Shown here in pieces: positions 23,908-32,124 of a stretch of 64,000 nucleotides of DNA. A model generated the notes under the pieces. It was not told where the DNA came from and searched no databases. It was given only the letters and a program-made list of their open reading frames with translations. The first letter of the stretch is position 1. Each line of letters begins with the position of its first letter. Source of the DNA: Candidatus Saccharimonadales bacterium (GTDB taxonomy: Bacteria > Patescibacteriota > Saccharimonadia > Saccharimonadales > Saccharimonadaceae); the NCBI GenBank assembly GCA_049644865.1, contig JBARSV010000019.1:31196-95195 (forward strand), in the 5' to 3' direction. Both the position numbers and the translations under genes were made by a program.

Positions 23908-24603
23908 ATGGAAAGAGAGGGGAACGGGTGGAATGATGTGCCGACGCTGCTGGCGGCGGCCCATGAATTAAAATCGCCTCTCGTGTTGATCCGACAATTA
24001 GCACTCGAACTCGACGATGACGGCCAATCGCTGGCGGCCGAGCGGATTCGGCTGACGGCTGAGCGCAGTTTGCAACTCGTCGAGGGGCTGACGCGGGTAG
24101 CGCGGCTGGAAGATGCCTTGTTCGAATGCGAACCAATTACGCTTAGTTCATTGTATGACGATGTGGCTCATGAGATGATGCCTCTCGCGACTGCGCTCGG
24201 TCAGTCGATACAAGTGGTTATACCAAACGGTGCGGTCACGGCAGTGGGCAATCGCTCATTGCTTCGTTCGGTTATGGTTGGCTTATGCGATAATGCGTTG
24301 GCGCATAACGACCCAGCACGCTCGATCGTGCTGGGTGCGGCTCGGCGTGGTGATCGGGTGATGGCGAGTGTGCGTGATTTTGGCCCAGATACATCGCAGC
24401 TATGCGAGGTGCGACGAAACCTCGGTCGTTCGCCGCAGGCCATGAGTGCGCGGCCACGGAGTAGTGGGTTGGGGCTACTGATTGCCGAGCGATTTGCTGA
24501 ATATATGGATGGTCGACTTGTCATGCGACGTCACCGCGATGTCGGTGCGACGTTTTCACTATCTTTACCCGCATCGCAACAATTATCGTTGTTGGGTTTA
24601 TGA
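23908..24603 (+). CDS. sensor-less cytoplasmic histidine kinase (HisKA + HATPase_c only)
   Basis: 231 aa from ATG 23908; H-box AAHELKSPL only ~18 aa from the N-terminus; G-box SSGLGLLIAERF; no TM segment; GC-rich (41/60 at 24301-24360). Confidence 0.8.
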   Translation: MEREGNGWNDVPTLLAAAHELKSPLVLIRQLALELDDDGQSLAAERIRLTAERSLQLVEGLTRVARLEDALFECEPITLSSLYDDVAHEMMPLATALGQSIQVVIPNGAVTAVGNRSLLRSVMVGLCDNALAHNDPARSIVLGAARRGDRVMASVRDFGPDTSQLCEVRRNLGRSPQAMSARPRSSGLGLLIAERFAEYMDGRLVMRRHRDVGATFSLSLPASQQLSLLGL

Positions 24604-24859
24604 GCTACCCATCCGACGTTCGCTTCCCAAAATTATCAAGGATAATTTTGTTTGTGCACTCACTCTCCTCGGGTCACGTTTCGCGACCCCTGAACTTCGC
24701 GATCGACAACAAGTTGTCGTCGGAAGGTTCCCTTGCGAACTGCCACTGGCAGTTCTCACCTGTCGTTCGTTCCGCCCCTAAAATTTTTTCGTCGAACGAA
24801 AATAATTTTGGGTGCTGCCCTGACGAACGCCACCCGAGGCTAGCGCAAAAGGATGAGAT
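24604..24859 (+). other. 256-nt hairpin-dense spacer between kinase and receiver genes
   Basis: Five stem-loops (24628-24650, 24671-24689, 24704-24719, 24737-24755, 24780-24809) and an 11-bp long-range inverted repeat CCCAAAATTAT / ATAATTTTGGG. Confidence 0.6.
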
Positions 24860-25228
24860 ATGAGAGTTCGTATTCTACTCATCGAAGATGACCGCTGGTT
24901 GGCGGATAGTTATATGCATGTGCTCGAGGAGTATCAAGTCGATTCGGCTATCAACGGGCAAGATGCGATGGACCTTATCGATGTGTATGATTATGATCTC
25001 GTGATCGCCGATGTCATGTTGGAGCGGGGCTTGGTGATCGATTTGCTGCATGAATTGCAGTCGTATGACGACACGGCGAAGCTGCCGATCATCCTATGTA
25101 CGACGCTGGCACAGCGCATGCGATTGGAAGACGTGCGGATGTATGGCGTGGTTGCCGTACTCGACAAGACCACGCTGACACCGAAGCTGCTGCGCGAAGC
25201 GGTGGAGGAATTGGTAGTCGGTAGTTAG
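24860..25228 (+). CDS. stand-alone response-regulator receiver (CheY-like)
   Basis: 122 aa; LLIEDD, DLVIADVML, LCTT motifs; no output domain. Confidence 0.85.
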   Translation: MRVRILLIEDDRWLADSYMHVLEEYQVDSAINGQDAMDLIDVYDYDLVIADVMLERGLVIDLLHELQSYDDTAKLPIILCTTLAQRMRLEDVRMYGVVAVLDKTTLTPKLLREAVEELVVGS

Positions 25229-25307
25229 TAGATGGTATATGGTAGATAATATGATTACAATCAAGCCTGCAGCGTTACATACTACATACTACATACTACA
25301 TACTACT
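25213..25307. repeat. heptamer repeats: (GGTAGNN)5 at 25213-25247 and (ACATACT)4 at 25277-25304
   Basis: ggtagtc ggtagtt agtagat ggtatat ggtagat overlaps the last codons and stop of the receiver gene; acatact x4 lies upstream of recO. Confidence 0.8.
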
Positions 25308-25324
25308 GAGATGCGGAGCATTTC

Positions 25325-25999
25325 ATGAGCTCGCTCACCACCAAAGCGATCGTACTGAGTCGGGTAAATTACGGTGAGGCCGATCGGATCATGCAGGTCT
25401 TGACGCCTGATTATGGCAAACTGGGCGTGATCGCGAAGGCAGTGCGACGCGAGAAAAGTAAACTAGCGGGCGGTATCGAATTGCTGGCGGTTTGCGACCT
25501 CGTGCTACACCAGGGCAAGGGTGAGTTAGCGATCGTGACCAGTGCACGGCTCGATACGTTTTATAGCCACATACTTGAAGATTATGAGCGGCTGCAGTTT
25601 GCATACTATGTGCTGAAGGACGTTAGTAAGGCTGCCGAGATACTGACGGAGCCAGCGTTTTTTGAATTGACCCGCCAGGCACTCGTGAGCCTCAACGATA
25701 TGACGACCGATCGTCGCATCACAGAGTTATGGTATCGCTTGCAGATGGCGATACTCCTCGGTGTCGGAGTCAATCTTGCGACCGACGAAAACGGTATGAA
25801 GCTCGTCGAAGATGCCACGTATCGCTATGACGTCGAGGAAAATGCTCTTGTCTATGATGAAAACGGGCAGTTTGGCAGCGATCACATAAAATTACTCCGC
25901 GTGGCGAGCGCGCAATCACCTCACGTTATCGCCCAGATAAAAAATGTCGCTGAATTGCTCGATGTCTGCGAATTAATCGGGCGCATCGCACATGAATAG
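25325..25999 (+). CDS. recO: DNA repair protein RecO
   Basis: 224 aa; the N-terminal OB region KAIVLSRVNYGEADRIMQVLTPDYGKLGVIAKAVRR is typical of RecO. Confidence 0.85.
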   Translation: MSSLTTKAIVLSRVNYGEADRIMQVLTPDYGKLGVIAKAVRREKSKLAGGIELLAVCDLVLHQGKGELAIVTSARLDTFYSHILEDYERLQFAYYVLKDVSKAAEILTEPAFFELTRQALVSLNDMTTDRRITELWYRLQMAILLGVGVNLATDENGMKLVEDATYRYDVEENALVYDENGQFGSDHIKLLRVASAQSPHVIAQIKNVAELLDVCELIGRIAHE

Positions 26000-26017
26000 C
26001 CTCAAAAAATGATGCTG

Positions 26018-26045
26018 CCCCGCACCCTCCGAAGAGGGCGCGGGG
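26018..26045. terminator. GC-rich hairpin between convergent recO and the small GC-rich ORF
   Basis: CCCCGCACCCTC-CGAA-GAGGGCGCGGGG; A6 run on the plus side (T6 for the minus strand). Confidence 0.55.
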
Positions 26046-26061
26046 CGGGTAGCAGCCGTCG

Positions 26062-26409
26062 TCACGCGAAGGGGATGACGGCTCGCCAGAATGCACGGCG
26101 ACCGCTCGCTAGTTGGACCGAGCCGGCATCGGCCGATCGTCGCAGCCGATCGTAGGCCGAGCGCGCTCGCTTCACGATCCAGATCGTGTCGCGGATACGG
26201 CGATGGGGCAGATAGCTGAGTGCCTTGAGCTCGGCCACGAGGGCATCGAGGTATACCTGTTGCTCCTCGATTGTCGGATCGGTCCGACGCTCGAAGTGGG
26301 CCGTGATGGCGCGGGCCTGCTCGTAAGCCGCCAGCCAGTTCTTGGTGGCCATCTCTTGGTCGAGATGAGCCCTCAGTTTGGGCAGGTCGACCTGCATAAA
26401 AAGAGTCAC
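26062..26409 (-). CDS. hypothetical protein (~115 aa) in a GC-rich islet
   Basis: GTG 26409 preceded by AAGGAA with a 5-nt spacer (alternative ATG 26397); its own consensus promoter; three long ORFs overlap here because of the high GC. Confidence 0.5.
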   Translation of the reverse strand: MTLFMQVDLPKLRAHLDQEMATKNWLAAYEQARAITAHFERRTDPTIEEQQVYLDALVAELKALSYLPHRRIRDTIWIVKRARSAYDRLRRSADAGSVQLASGRRAFWRAVIPFA

Positions 26410-26449
26410 GATGGTTCCTTTCGTTGGTTGACAATCGTGCCTAAATATT

Positions 26450-26478
26450 ATTATAACACTCAGTTTATATAAAGTCAA
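26450..26478 (-). promoter_or_regulatory. consensus promoter TTGACT-N17-TATAAT
   Basis: -35 at 26473-26478, -10 at 26450-26455 on the minus strand. Confidence 0.65.
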
Positions 26479-26557
26479 TCGTAACAGAGGTGAAATTGTG
26501 TTATACTAGATACAAATAATCTCAGCGCCTGTTGCCAACAGGTGAGGAAGGACGAGT

Positions 26558-27979
26558 ATGGCAGAGACAAAATTAGAAGATATCGTAAGCCTCAGCAAAC
26601 GACGGGGGTTTATCTATCAGGGCAGTGACGTGTATGGGGGCCTCAGTGGTACGTGGGATTACGGTCCGCTCGGCGTGGCGCTCAAGCGCAATATCATGAA
26701 CCTGTGGTGGCGCATGTTTGTCGACGAACGCGACGATATGTACGGCGTCGATGCGGCAATACTGATGAACCAAAAAGTCTGGCAGGCGAGCGGGCACACT
26801 GAGACTTTTGCCGATCCATTAGTCGTTTGCGAAGAGTGCCTAGCGCGATTTAGAGAAGATAAGATCGATACTAAGAAAACTTGTGAAAATTGTCATAAAG
26901 GCCCGAATTTTTCAAAACCAGAACAATTTAACATGATGATGAAGACAGTTGTTGGTCCAAAATATACAAGTTGGGATAGAAAAACCCCTGGGGGTTTGCA
27001 CGGTGAAATAATCTTTCAAAGACCCGATGGGTCAGATGAAAGGGTATGGAAAATTAGCGACCCAGATCAAGAATTGGGTGGAGTTATGCTGTACGATACC
27101 AGCTCTGTCAGTTATCTCCGTCCCGAAACTGCCCAAGGTATCTTCACGAATTACCGCAACGTGGTGGATAGTTTCTACCCCGACTTGCCGTTTGGCATTG
27201 CCCAGCAGGGCAAAGCGTTTCGCAACGAGATCAGTCCGCGTGATTTTGTGTTTCGCTCACGTGAGTTTGAGCAGATGGAGATCGAGTATTTTGTGCACCC
27301 CGACAAGTGGGAGGAAGCGTTTGAAGCTTGGCGCGTGCAAGTACATGAGTGGTTCAAAGCGCTTGGCCTCGATGAGACCAAGACACACGAGCTCGACGTA
27401 CCGGCCGAAGACTTGGCGCACTACAGCAAGCGCACGATTGATTTTGAATTTGACTTTCCGCATGGTCGCGACGAGTTGCTCGGTATGGCGTATCGGACAG
27501 ACTTTGATCTGGGCAATATTCAGCGAGCGAGCGGCAAAAGCATGGAATACACCGTGAAAGGGACAAACGAAAAATTTGTACCGCACGTCATCGAGCCATC
27601 GTTTGGCGTGGAGCGCGCGCTCATGGCGGTGCTGTGTTCGGCGTACCGCGAAGATGAGCAAAATGGTGAGAAGCGCATCTACCTCGCGCTGCCAGAACAT
27701 CTCGCGCCGGTCAAATACTGTGTCAGTCCGCTGCTCAAAAACAAACCAGAACTGGTCGCGAAAGCGCGTGAGGTTTATGCTTCGCTCAAGAAAAAATATG
27801 GTGCTGTCATGTGGGACGACAATGGCAACATCGGCAAACGCTACCGCCGCCAAGACGAAATCGGCACACCACACTGTGTAGTAGTGGATTTTGATACACT
27901 CGAAGACAATACAGTAACCATTCGAGACAGAGAAACGACTAGCCAGGAGAGGATAAATATAGACGATCTCGTATCATAA
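26558..27979 (+). CDS. glyQS: glycine--tRNA ligase (alpha2 dimer type)
   Basis: 473 aa; RRGFIYQGSDVYGGLSGTWDYGPLG, class II motifs, anticodon-binding C-terminus. Confidence 0.93.
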   Translation: MAETKLEDIVSLSKRRGFIYQGSDVYGGLSGTWDYGPLGVALKRNIMNLWWRMFVDERDDMYGVDAAILMNQKVWQASGHTETFADPLVVCEECLARFREDKIDTKKTCENCHKGPNFSKPEQFNMMMKTVVGPKYTSWDRKTPGGLHGEIIFQRPDGSDERVWKISDPDQELGGVMLYDTSSVSYLRPETAQGIFTNYRNVVDSFYPDLPFGIAQQGKAFRNEISPRDFVFRSREFEQMEIEYFVHPDKWEEAFEAWRVQVHEWFKALGLDETKTHELDVPAEDLAHYSKRTIDFEFDFPHGRDELLGMAYRTDFDLGNIQRASGKSMEYTVKGTNEKFVPHVIEPSFGVERALMAVLCSAYREDEQNGEKRIYLALPEHLAPVKYCVSPLLKNKPELVAKAREVYASLKKKYGAVMWDDNGNIGKRYRRQDEIGTPHCVVVDFDTLEDNTVTIRDRETTSQERINIDDLVS

Positions 27980-28010
27980 TAATCGATGGACCCTGTCCGC
28001 CAACCAGCGG

Positions 28011-28094
28011 AAGACGCTTGAGGATGGCACGGTGACGGTGCGGGATAGGGATACGACGGAGCAAAACAGGATATATGTCGATGACCTCGTCTAA
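28011..28094 (+). pseudogene. displaced second copy of the glyQS C-terminal coding end
   Basis: The frame starting 28011 reads KTLEDGTVTVRDRDTTEQNRIYVDDLV*, against the intact end TLEDNTVTIRDRETTSQERINIDDLVS*. Confidence 0.7.
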
Positions 28095-28851
28095 GTCATC
28101 CGCCTTTACGCCGGCGACCGCTCGCATCGAGTCGATCTATGCAGCGCATCCGGGCGGTGTCGATCAGCTGACGCAATTATTTGAGGGCAAGACGAGAGTC
28201 TACATTGACTACGCTAATGTCAGGCCGTGGTCGGACAAGCTCAAATGGCATGTTGACCCCAAGCGATTGATGCAGTTTTATAAATCTTTTGCGGCCATCG
28301 ATGAAGTCTCGCTTTATAACGGCACGCTGGTGGGTGATCAGGCGTCGGAGAAAGACGCACATGATATGAATCGATTGGGTCATCGTTTTCGCACCAAACC
28401 CGTCAAAATCATGCGCCATTCTATCGATGCGTCAAGCGTCTCCAAACAATCGACTGATCTGATATCACAGTTTGTCCGCCGAGCGCTATTGAGAAAACTT
28501 GACGTCGGCACAGTCGAATATCTAAACGATAAACTCTACGAACTCAACACTAAAGGTACCTACTATATCGAAGACAAAAAGTGCAACTTTGATGTCGAGA
28601 TAGGCACCGACATGCTGCTGGCATCGGAGCGCGATGAGGCGCAGACGTTTTGCCTGTGGAGCGCCGATAGCGATTTTGCCGACTCAGTCGAGCAACTGCT
28701 CGATCACGGCTACCACGTCATATTATTTGCGACGCCGCGCAGGGTATCGAGTGAACTCAATGACCTCAGGAGCAAGGGGTTGTTTATCTTTGATATCGCC
28801 AAGATCCGTAATTTTATCTGTTGGCGACGTGAGATTACTGTCAAAAAATGA
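28075..28851 (+). CDS. NYN-domain (LabA-like) putative RNase
   Basis: 258 aa; RVYIDYANV and WSADSDFADSVEQL motifs; the predicted N-terminus overlaps the glyQS relic, so the start is uncertain. Confidence 0.75.
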   Translation: MSMTSSKSSAFTPATARIESIYAAHPGGVDQLTQLFEGKTRVYIDYANVRPWSDKLKWHVDPKRLMQFYKSFAAIDEVSLYNGTLVGDQASEKDAHDMNRLGHRFRTKPVKIMRHSIDASSVSKQSTDLISQFVRRALLRKLDVGTVEYLNDKLYELNTKGTYYIEDKKCNFDVEIGTDMLLASERDEAQTFCLWSADSDFADSVEQLLDHGYHVILFATPRRVSSELNDLRSKGLFIFDIAKIRNFICWRREITVKK

Positions 28852-29117
28852 GCCGTAGTGTAAGATGAGAGCAATAAATCAACAACGCAAAAGGGATCGC
28901 GTTGCGCGACCCCTAAGCTCTAGAATTAGCAGCCCGAAGGCTATATATAAGTATAAGCCAAAATCGCAATTTTGTAAATACTTTTCAACTACAAGCAAAC
29001 GTGTATGTTTTTCTAGAAACAACAACACGTTATCATGTGATTATAGTAGCAAAATGTTTATGATATGTCAATTTCATTGTCGTAGGGTTCGGGAGTATAC
29101 TAAGTGCAAATACTACT

Positions 29118-29510
29118 ATGTTCCATTTCGATACCATCTCAGTTTCGATCAACGCTAAACCTGAAAAGGTCTGGGAGTTTGTGGCGGATATTGAGAACTG
29201 GCCGCAGTTTAGTGATTTTGCGAGCGATATTGAGAAGGTGGGTGACGGCGAATGGATATTTCATACATCGCAGGGCAATGTGACGGTGATCGAGAAGTTT
29301 GATCGTGAACATCTGCTACTCGATACCGTATGTATTGTACCGAGCGGTGATGAACAATTTATCCCGTATCGTGTGGTGCCAAATGGCGAGGGCTGCGAAC
29401 TGATCATGACGAATCAGCAAACTGCGGGTGTGAGTGACGAGGAATACGCCGAGCAATTGACGTGGATGCGTGAAGAACTGGGAAACATTAAGAAAATTAT
29501 GGAATCGTAA
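29118..29510 (+). CDS. SRPBCC / START-like ligand-binding protein
   Basis: 130 aa; the pattern INAKPEKVWEFVADIENWPQF is typical of the polyketide-cyclase/SRPBCC fold. Confidence 0.6.
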   Translation: MFHFDTISVSINAKPEKVWEFVADIENWPQFSDFASDIEKVGDGEWIFHTSQGNVTVIEKFDREHLLLDTVCIVPSGDEQFIPYRVVPNGEGCELIMTNQQTAGVSDEEYAEQLTWMREELGNIKKIMES

Positions 29511-30472
29511 TGCCACAACAGTTTGAAAATCGCCTGCGTGATCCTGAGTCTATCAACACTACGTTACAGGCTGGGCTTGATCGATGTGGACTTGGGAGGG
29601 TTGTAAGCCATACGTTAGTTGATGTTGGGTTTGAGGACTATAACGTTATCGTAAAAACCGAGGACGATCACCGCTACTTCGTCAAGGTATTGTCAAAGAC
29701 AAGATCAATGGATGAGGCGCAGCGCTATGCATCGATCATCGATGCTGTTAGTGGCGGAGCTATCAATCACCCTAAGGTTTATCGTGACAGCGAAGGCAAT
29801 ATACTGCTTCAATTGCCCGACGGGACATCAATGTTTGTTATGGATGCGATACAAGGTCGCACCTTCTTCGACATGGGTTCGGCGCCGACTGAAGAGCAGC
29901 TACGTCGTATCGTCGAGCAGGCAGTGAAGATTGCGCAGCTGCCGATAGCACCACCCTACGAATACGATTCGTGGGCTGTGCCGAATATTCGTGATATCTA
30001 TGACAAGGTGCAAAACGAGATCGATACGCCAGATAAGTCGCTGATTGACAAAGCATTGCAGAGATATGAAGCGTTATCAATCGATGAATTGCCGACATGT
30101 TTCGTGCATGGCGACATGACAAAGGCAAATATCATCACTGGTGATGATGGAAAATTGTATGTGATTGATTTTTCCGTGGCTAATATCTATCCAAGAATTC
30201 AAGAGCTCGTTGTGATGGCGACAAGCCTCATGTTCGACGAATCGCATGAGCTGCCACTCCAAGACAGGATCGAGACGCTAGCTCGGCTTTACATCGAGCA
30301 TGGCGGTGAATTGACGGTTGTCGAGCATGATAGTATGTACGACTATGCTCTCGCTGCACTCGCGATGGAATACCTGGGCAGTCTTCGAGAGGGGCTCGTA
30401 CATGGCGATAGTGAAGAAATCCGTCACTGGCAACACGTAGGAATCAGTGGGCTGAGAAAAGCGTTACAATAG
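29510..30472 (+). CDS. phosphotransferase of the APH / homoserine-kinase-II / choline-kinase family
   Basis: 320 aa; FVHGDMTKANII and YVIDFS catalytic-loop motifs; TAATG overlap with the upstream gene. Confidence 0.75.
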   Translation: MPQQFENRLRDPESINTTLQAGLDRCGLGRVVSHTLVDVGFEDYNVIVKTEDDHRYFVKVLSKTRSMDEAQRYASIIDAVSGGAINHPKVYRDSEGNILLQLPDGTSMFVMDAIQGRTFFDMGSAPTEEQLRRIVEQAVKIAQLPIAPPYEYDSWAVPNIRDIYDKVQNEIDTPDKSLIDKALQRYEALSIDELPTCFVHGDMTKANIITGDDGKLYVIDFSVANIYPRIQELVVMATSLMFDESHELPLQDRIETLARLYIEHGGELTVVEHDSMYDYALAALAMEYLGSLREGLVHGDSEEIRHWQHVGISGLRKALQ

Positions 30473-30474
30473 AT

Positions 30475-30861
30475 ATGCAAGGAGGAAATGTGAAAAAAGA
30501 GATTACATCACAAAATGTTGGATCTGCACCGACCCTATCACAAGCTATAGAGGCAAACGGGTTTGTTTTCGTATCTGGTCAGATTCATGCCGATGCTGAG
30601 TGGAAATTGCAAGGTGAAACGGTTAAAGAAAAAATGGATGTTATATTTCAAAACATCAGTGACGTGCTCGAAGCAGGTGGATTGTCGGTTGATAATATCG
30701 TCAAAGTAACGATCTATGTCACCGATATGGCGCAGATGCCGGAGATCAATCAGTATTATCCGACATATTTCACTGCACCGCTTCCTGCACGCGAAGCTAT
30801 TTGCGTCGTAGCATTGCCGCTTGGGGCGACGATCGAGTTAAGCGTGATTGCATCGAAGTAG
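30475..30861 (+). CDS. ridA: RidA / YjgF / L-PSP family protein
   Basis: 128 aa; FVFVSGQI..., KVTIYVTDM, PAREAICVVALPLGATIEL. Confidence 0.8.
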   Translation: MQGGNVKKEITSQNVGSAPTLSQAIEANGFVFVSGQIHADAEWKLQGETVKEKMDVIFQNISDVLEAGGLSVDNIVKVTIYVTDMAQMPEINQYYPTYFTAPLPAREAICVVALPLGATIELSVIASK

Positions 30862-30863
30862 AT

Positions 30864-31199
30864 ATGGCTTACGATCTCACTCTTGAATCACGCATCGACG
30901 ATGAGATTGCCACGTGGGATGTGTCGGTGACGAAGCGCAAGATGTTTGGCGGGCTGGGGTATTTTTTGAACGGCAATATGGCGTTTGGCGTGGCGGGCGA
31001 CGAGCTGATCGTCAAGCCGCATCCCGAGCGTGCTGGTGAGCTGCTAAAAGAACCCGGTATGAAACCGTTTGAATTTGGTGGGCGAACCATGAAGTCATGG
31101 TGCCTGGCGGAGCCAGATGTTCTCGATGAGGATACGTTGCCGCGTCTGCTGGAAATCTGTCGAGAGTATGTACTGACGCTGCCACTGAAATTACGATAA
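30864..31199 (+). CDS. TfoX N-terminal-domain protein
   Basis: 111 aa from ATG 30864 (the track start 30801 overlaps ridA); KRKMFGGLGYFLNGNMAFGV motif. Confidence 0.7.
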   Translation: MAYDLTLESRIDDEIATWDVSVTKRKMFGGLGYFLNGNMAFGVAGDELIVKPHPERAGELLKEPGMKPFEFGGRTMKSWCLAEPDVLDEDTLPRLLEICREYVLTLPLKLR

Positions 31200-31208
31200 A
31201 CTAGTGGT

Positions 31209-31853
31209 ATGGCTAGCCATAGACCTGTGAATAGACACGATCGTTTGTCAGCGGTAATGATGGTCGCAGTGACATTGCTTGCGTGGTCACTGGTATGGCT
31301 CATCACTCAGTCACTGTTTATGGGGGATGTGCCAGTGCTTTCGCGCTGGCTACTGGGTGGTGAACCGGCGTATGCTTCAGTGAGCCATTTTGTGATTGCG
31401 ACGGTGTGGTGTGCGGCTGTTGTTGCGATCGTATCGATTGTCTGGGGAAGGCTTACTCATAACAATTTTGCCTTCATGAAATTGTCGAGGCCAGTGGTTT
31501 TCGGCTACGCGCTACTTATTGTAGTCGGGATTTATCTGAGTTTTAAGCCAGTCTTGCTGGGTATGCCTGGTTGGCTGCAGGTGGTATTGATGACTGTCGG
31601 TACGGCTAGCCAAGATTTACCCACGTTCGGTTATATGCAAACTGCGCTTGAATCAACCGTCGGTAAAACGATTGCCGCCGTGGTCGTCGCGCTCATGTTT
31701 ATGATGGGGCATACTGTCTGGATGGGCCATGTTGACCTGTTGATCGTCGGGGCAGCTGTTGTATTTGCGTTTGCCCGGCGAATGACCGGAACAATCTATC
31801 TCACTCACATACTACACCTGGGTTTTTACTCTCTAACGCTCCTCTTTGTGTAA
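31209..31853 (+). CDS. polytopic membrane protein, possibly CPBP (CAAX protease/immunity)-like
   Basis: 214 aa, 5-6 TM helices; FMMGH and HILHLGFY resemble CPBP motifs, but the EExxxR motif is not conserved (SQDLPTFGY). Confidence 0.45.
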   Translation: MASHRPVNRHDRLSAVMMVAVTLLAWSLVWLITQSLFMGDVPVLSRWLLGGEPAYASVSHFVIATVWCAAVVAIVSIVWGRLTHNNFAFMKLSRPVVFGYALLIVVGIYLSFKPVLLGMPGWLQVVLMTVGTASQDLPTFGYMQTALESTVGKTIAAVVVALMFMMGHTVWMGHVDLLIVGAAVVFAFARRMTGTIYLTHILHLGFYSLTLLFV

Positions 31854-31906
31854 CAAATCATTATAATACTATTGTAATAATATTATAATAATGCTATAGT
31901 GAACGC

Positions 31907-32119
31907 ATGACAATTACCACAACCCAAAAAGTGATCAAGATCGGGACAAGCCGCGGGGTGACGATACCAGCGAAGGATCTCGTCGAACTCGGTGTCGAGA
32001 CCGGCGATAACGTACGCGTCACGATTGAACCAATCAGCAAACAAGACTCACTTGCACAAGAATACGACAAGTTCAAAGAACAATACGGCGAAACGCTAAA
32101 AAATCTCGCTAACCGGTAA
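31907..32119 (+). CDS. AbrB/SpoVT-fold antitoxin
   Basis: 70 aa; KIGTSRGVTIPAKDLVELGVETGDNVRV swapped-hairpin motif; 5 nt upstream of doc. Confidence 0.75.
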   Translation: MTITTTQKVIKIGTSRGVTIPAKDLVELGVETGDNVRVTIEPISKQDSLAQEYDKFKEQYGETLKNLANR

Positions 32120-32124
32120 GTAGT

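Noticed and set aside
24615-24830. CGAACG/CGTTCG words as LexA (Cheo-type) SOS boxes
   Set aside because: No GAAC-N4-GTTC arrangement is present. The only GAAC...GTTC pair has an 11-nt spacer and is simply a hairpin stem.
24482-24863. ORFs of 99 and 87 aa in the kinase-receiver spacer
   Set aside because: They have no SD and odd composition, and they are threaded through five stem-loops. They look like ORFs arising by chance in structured GC-rich DNA.
25973-26472. 153-aa (minus) and 119-aa (plus) ORFs overlapping the 26062-26409 gene
   Set aside because: These are shadow ORFs expected in ~68% GC DNA. Their products are Arg/Pro/Gly-rich, and only the chosen frame has a promoter plus SD.
26480-26557. 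Possible T-box leader upstream of glyQS
   Set aside because: Less than ~80 nt is available between the candidate promoter and the ATG. Only one short hairpin (CCTGTT/AACAGG) is present and no specifier or T-box sequence is recognisable.
28865-29158. 97-aa ORF in the NYN-SRPBCC intergenic region
   Set aside because: It is K/R/C/S-rich, has no SD, overlaps the start of the next gene and lies in AT-rich DNA with hairpins. It is probably non-coding.
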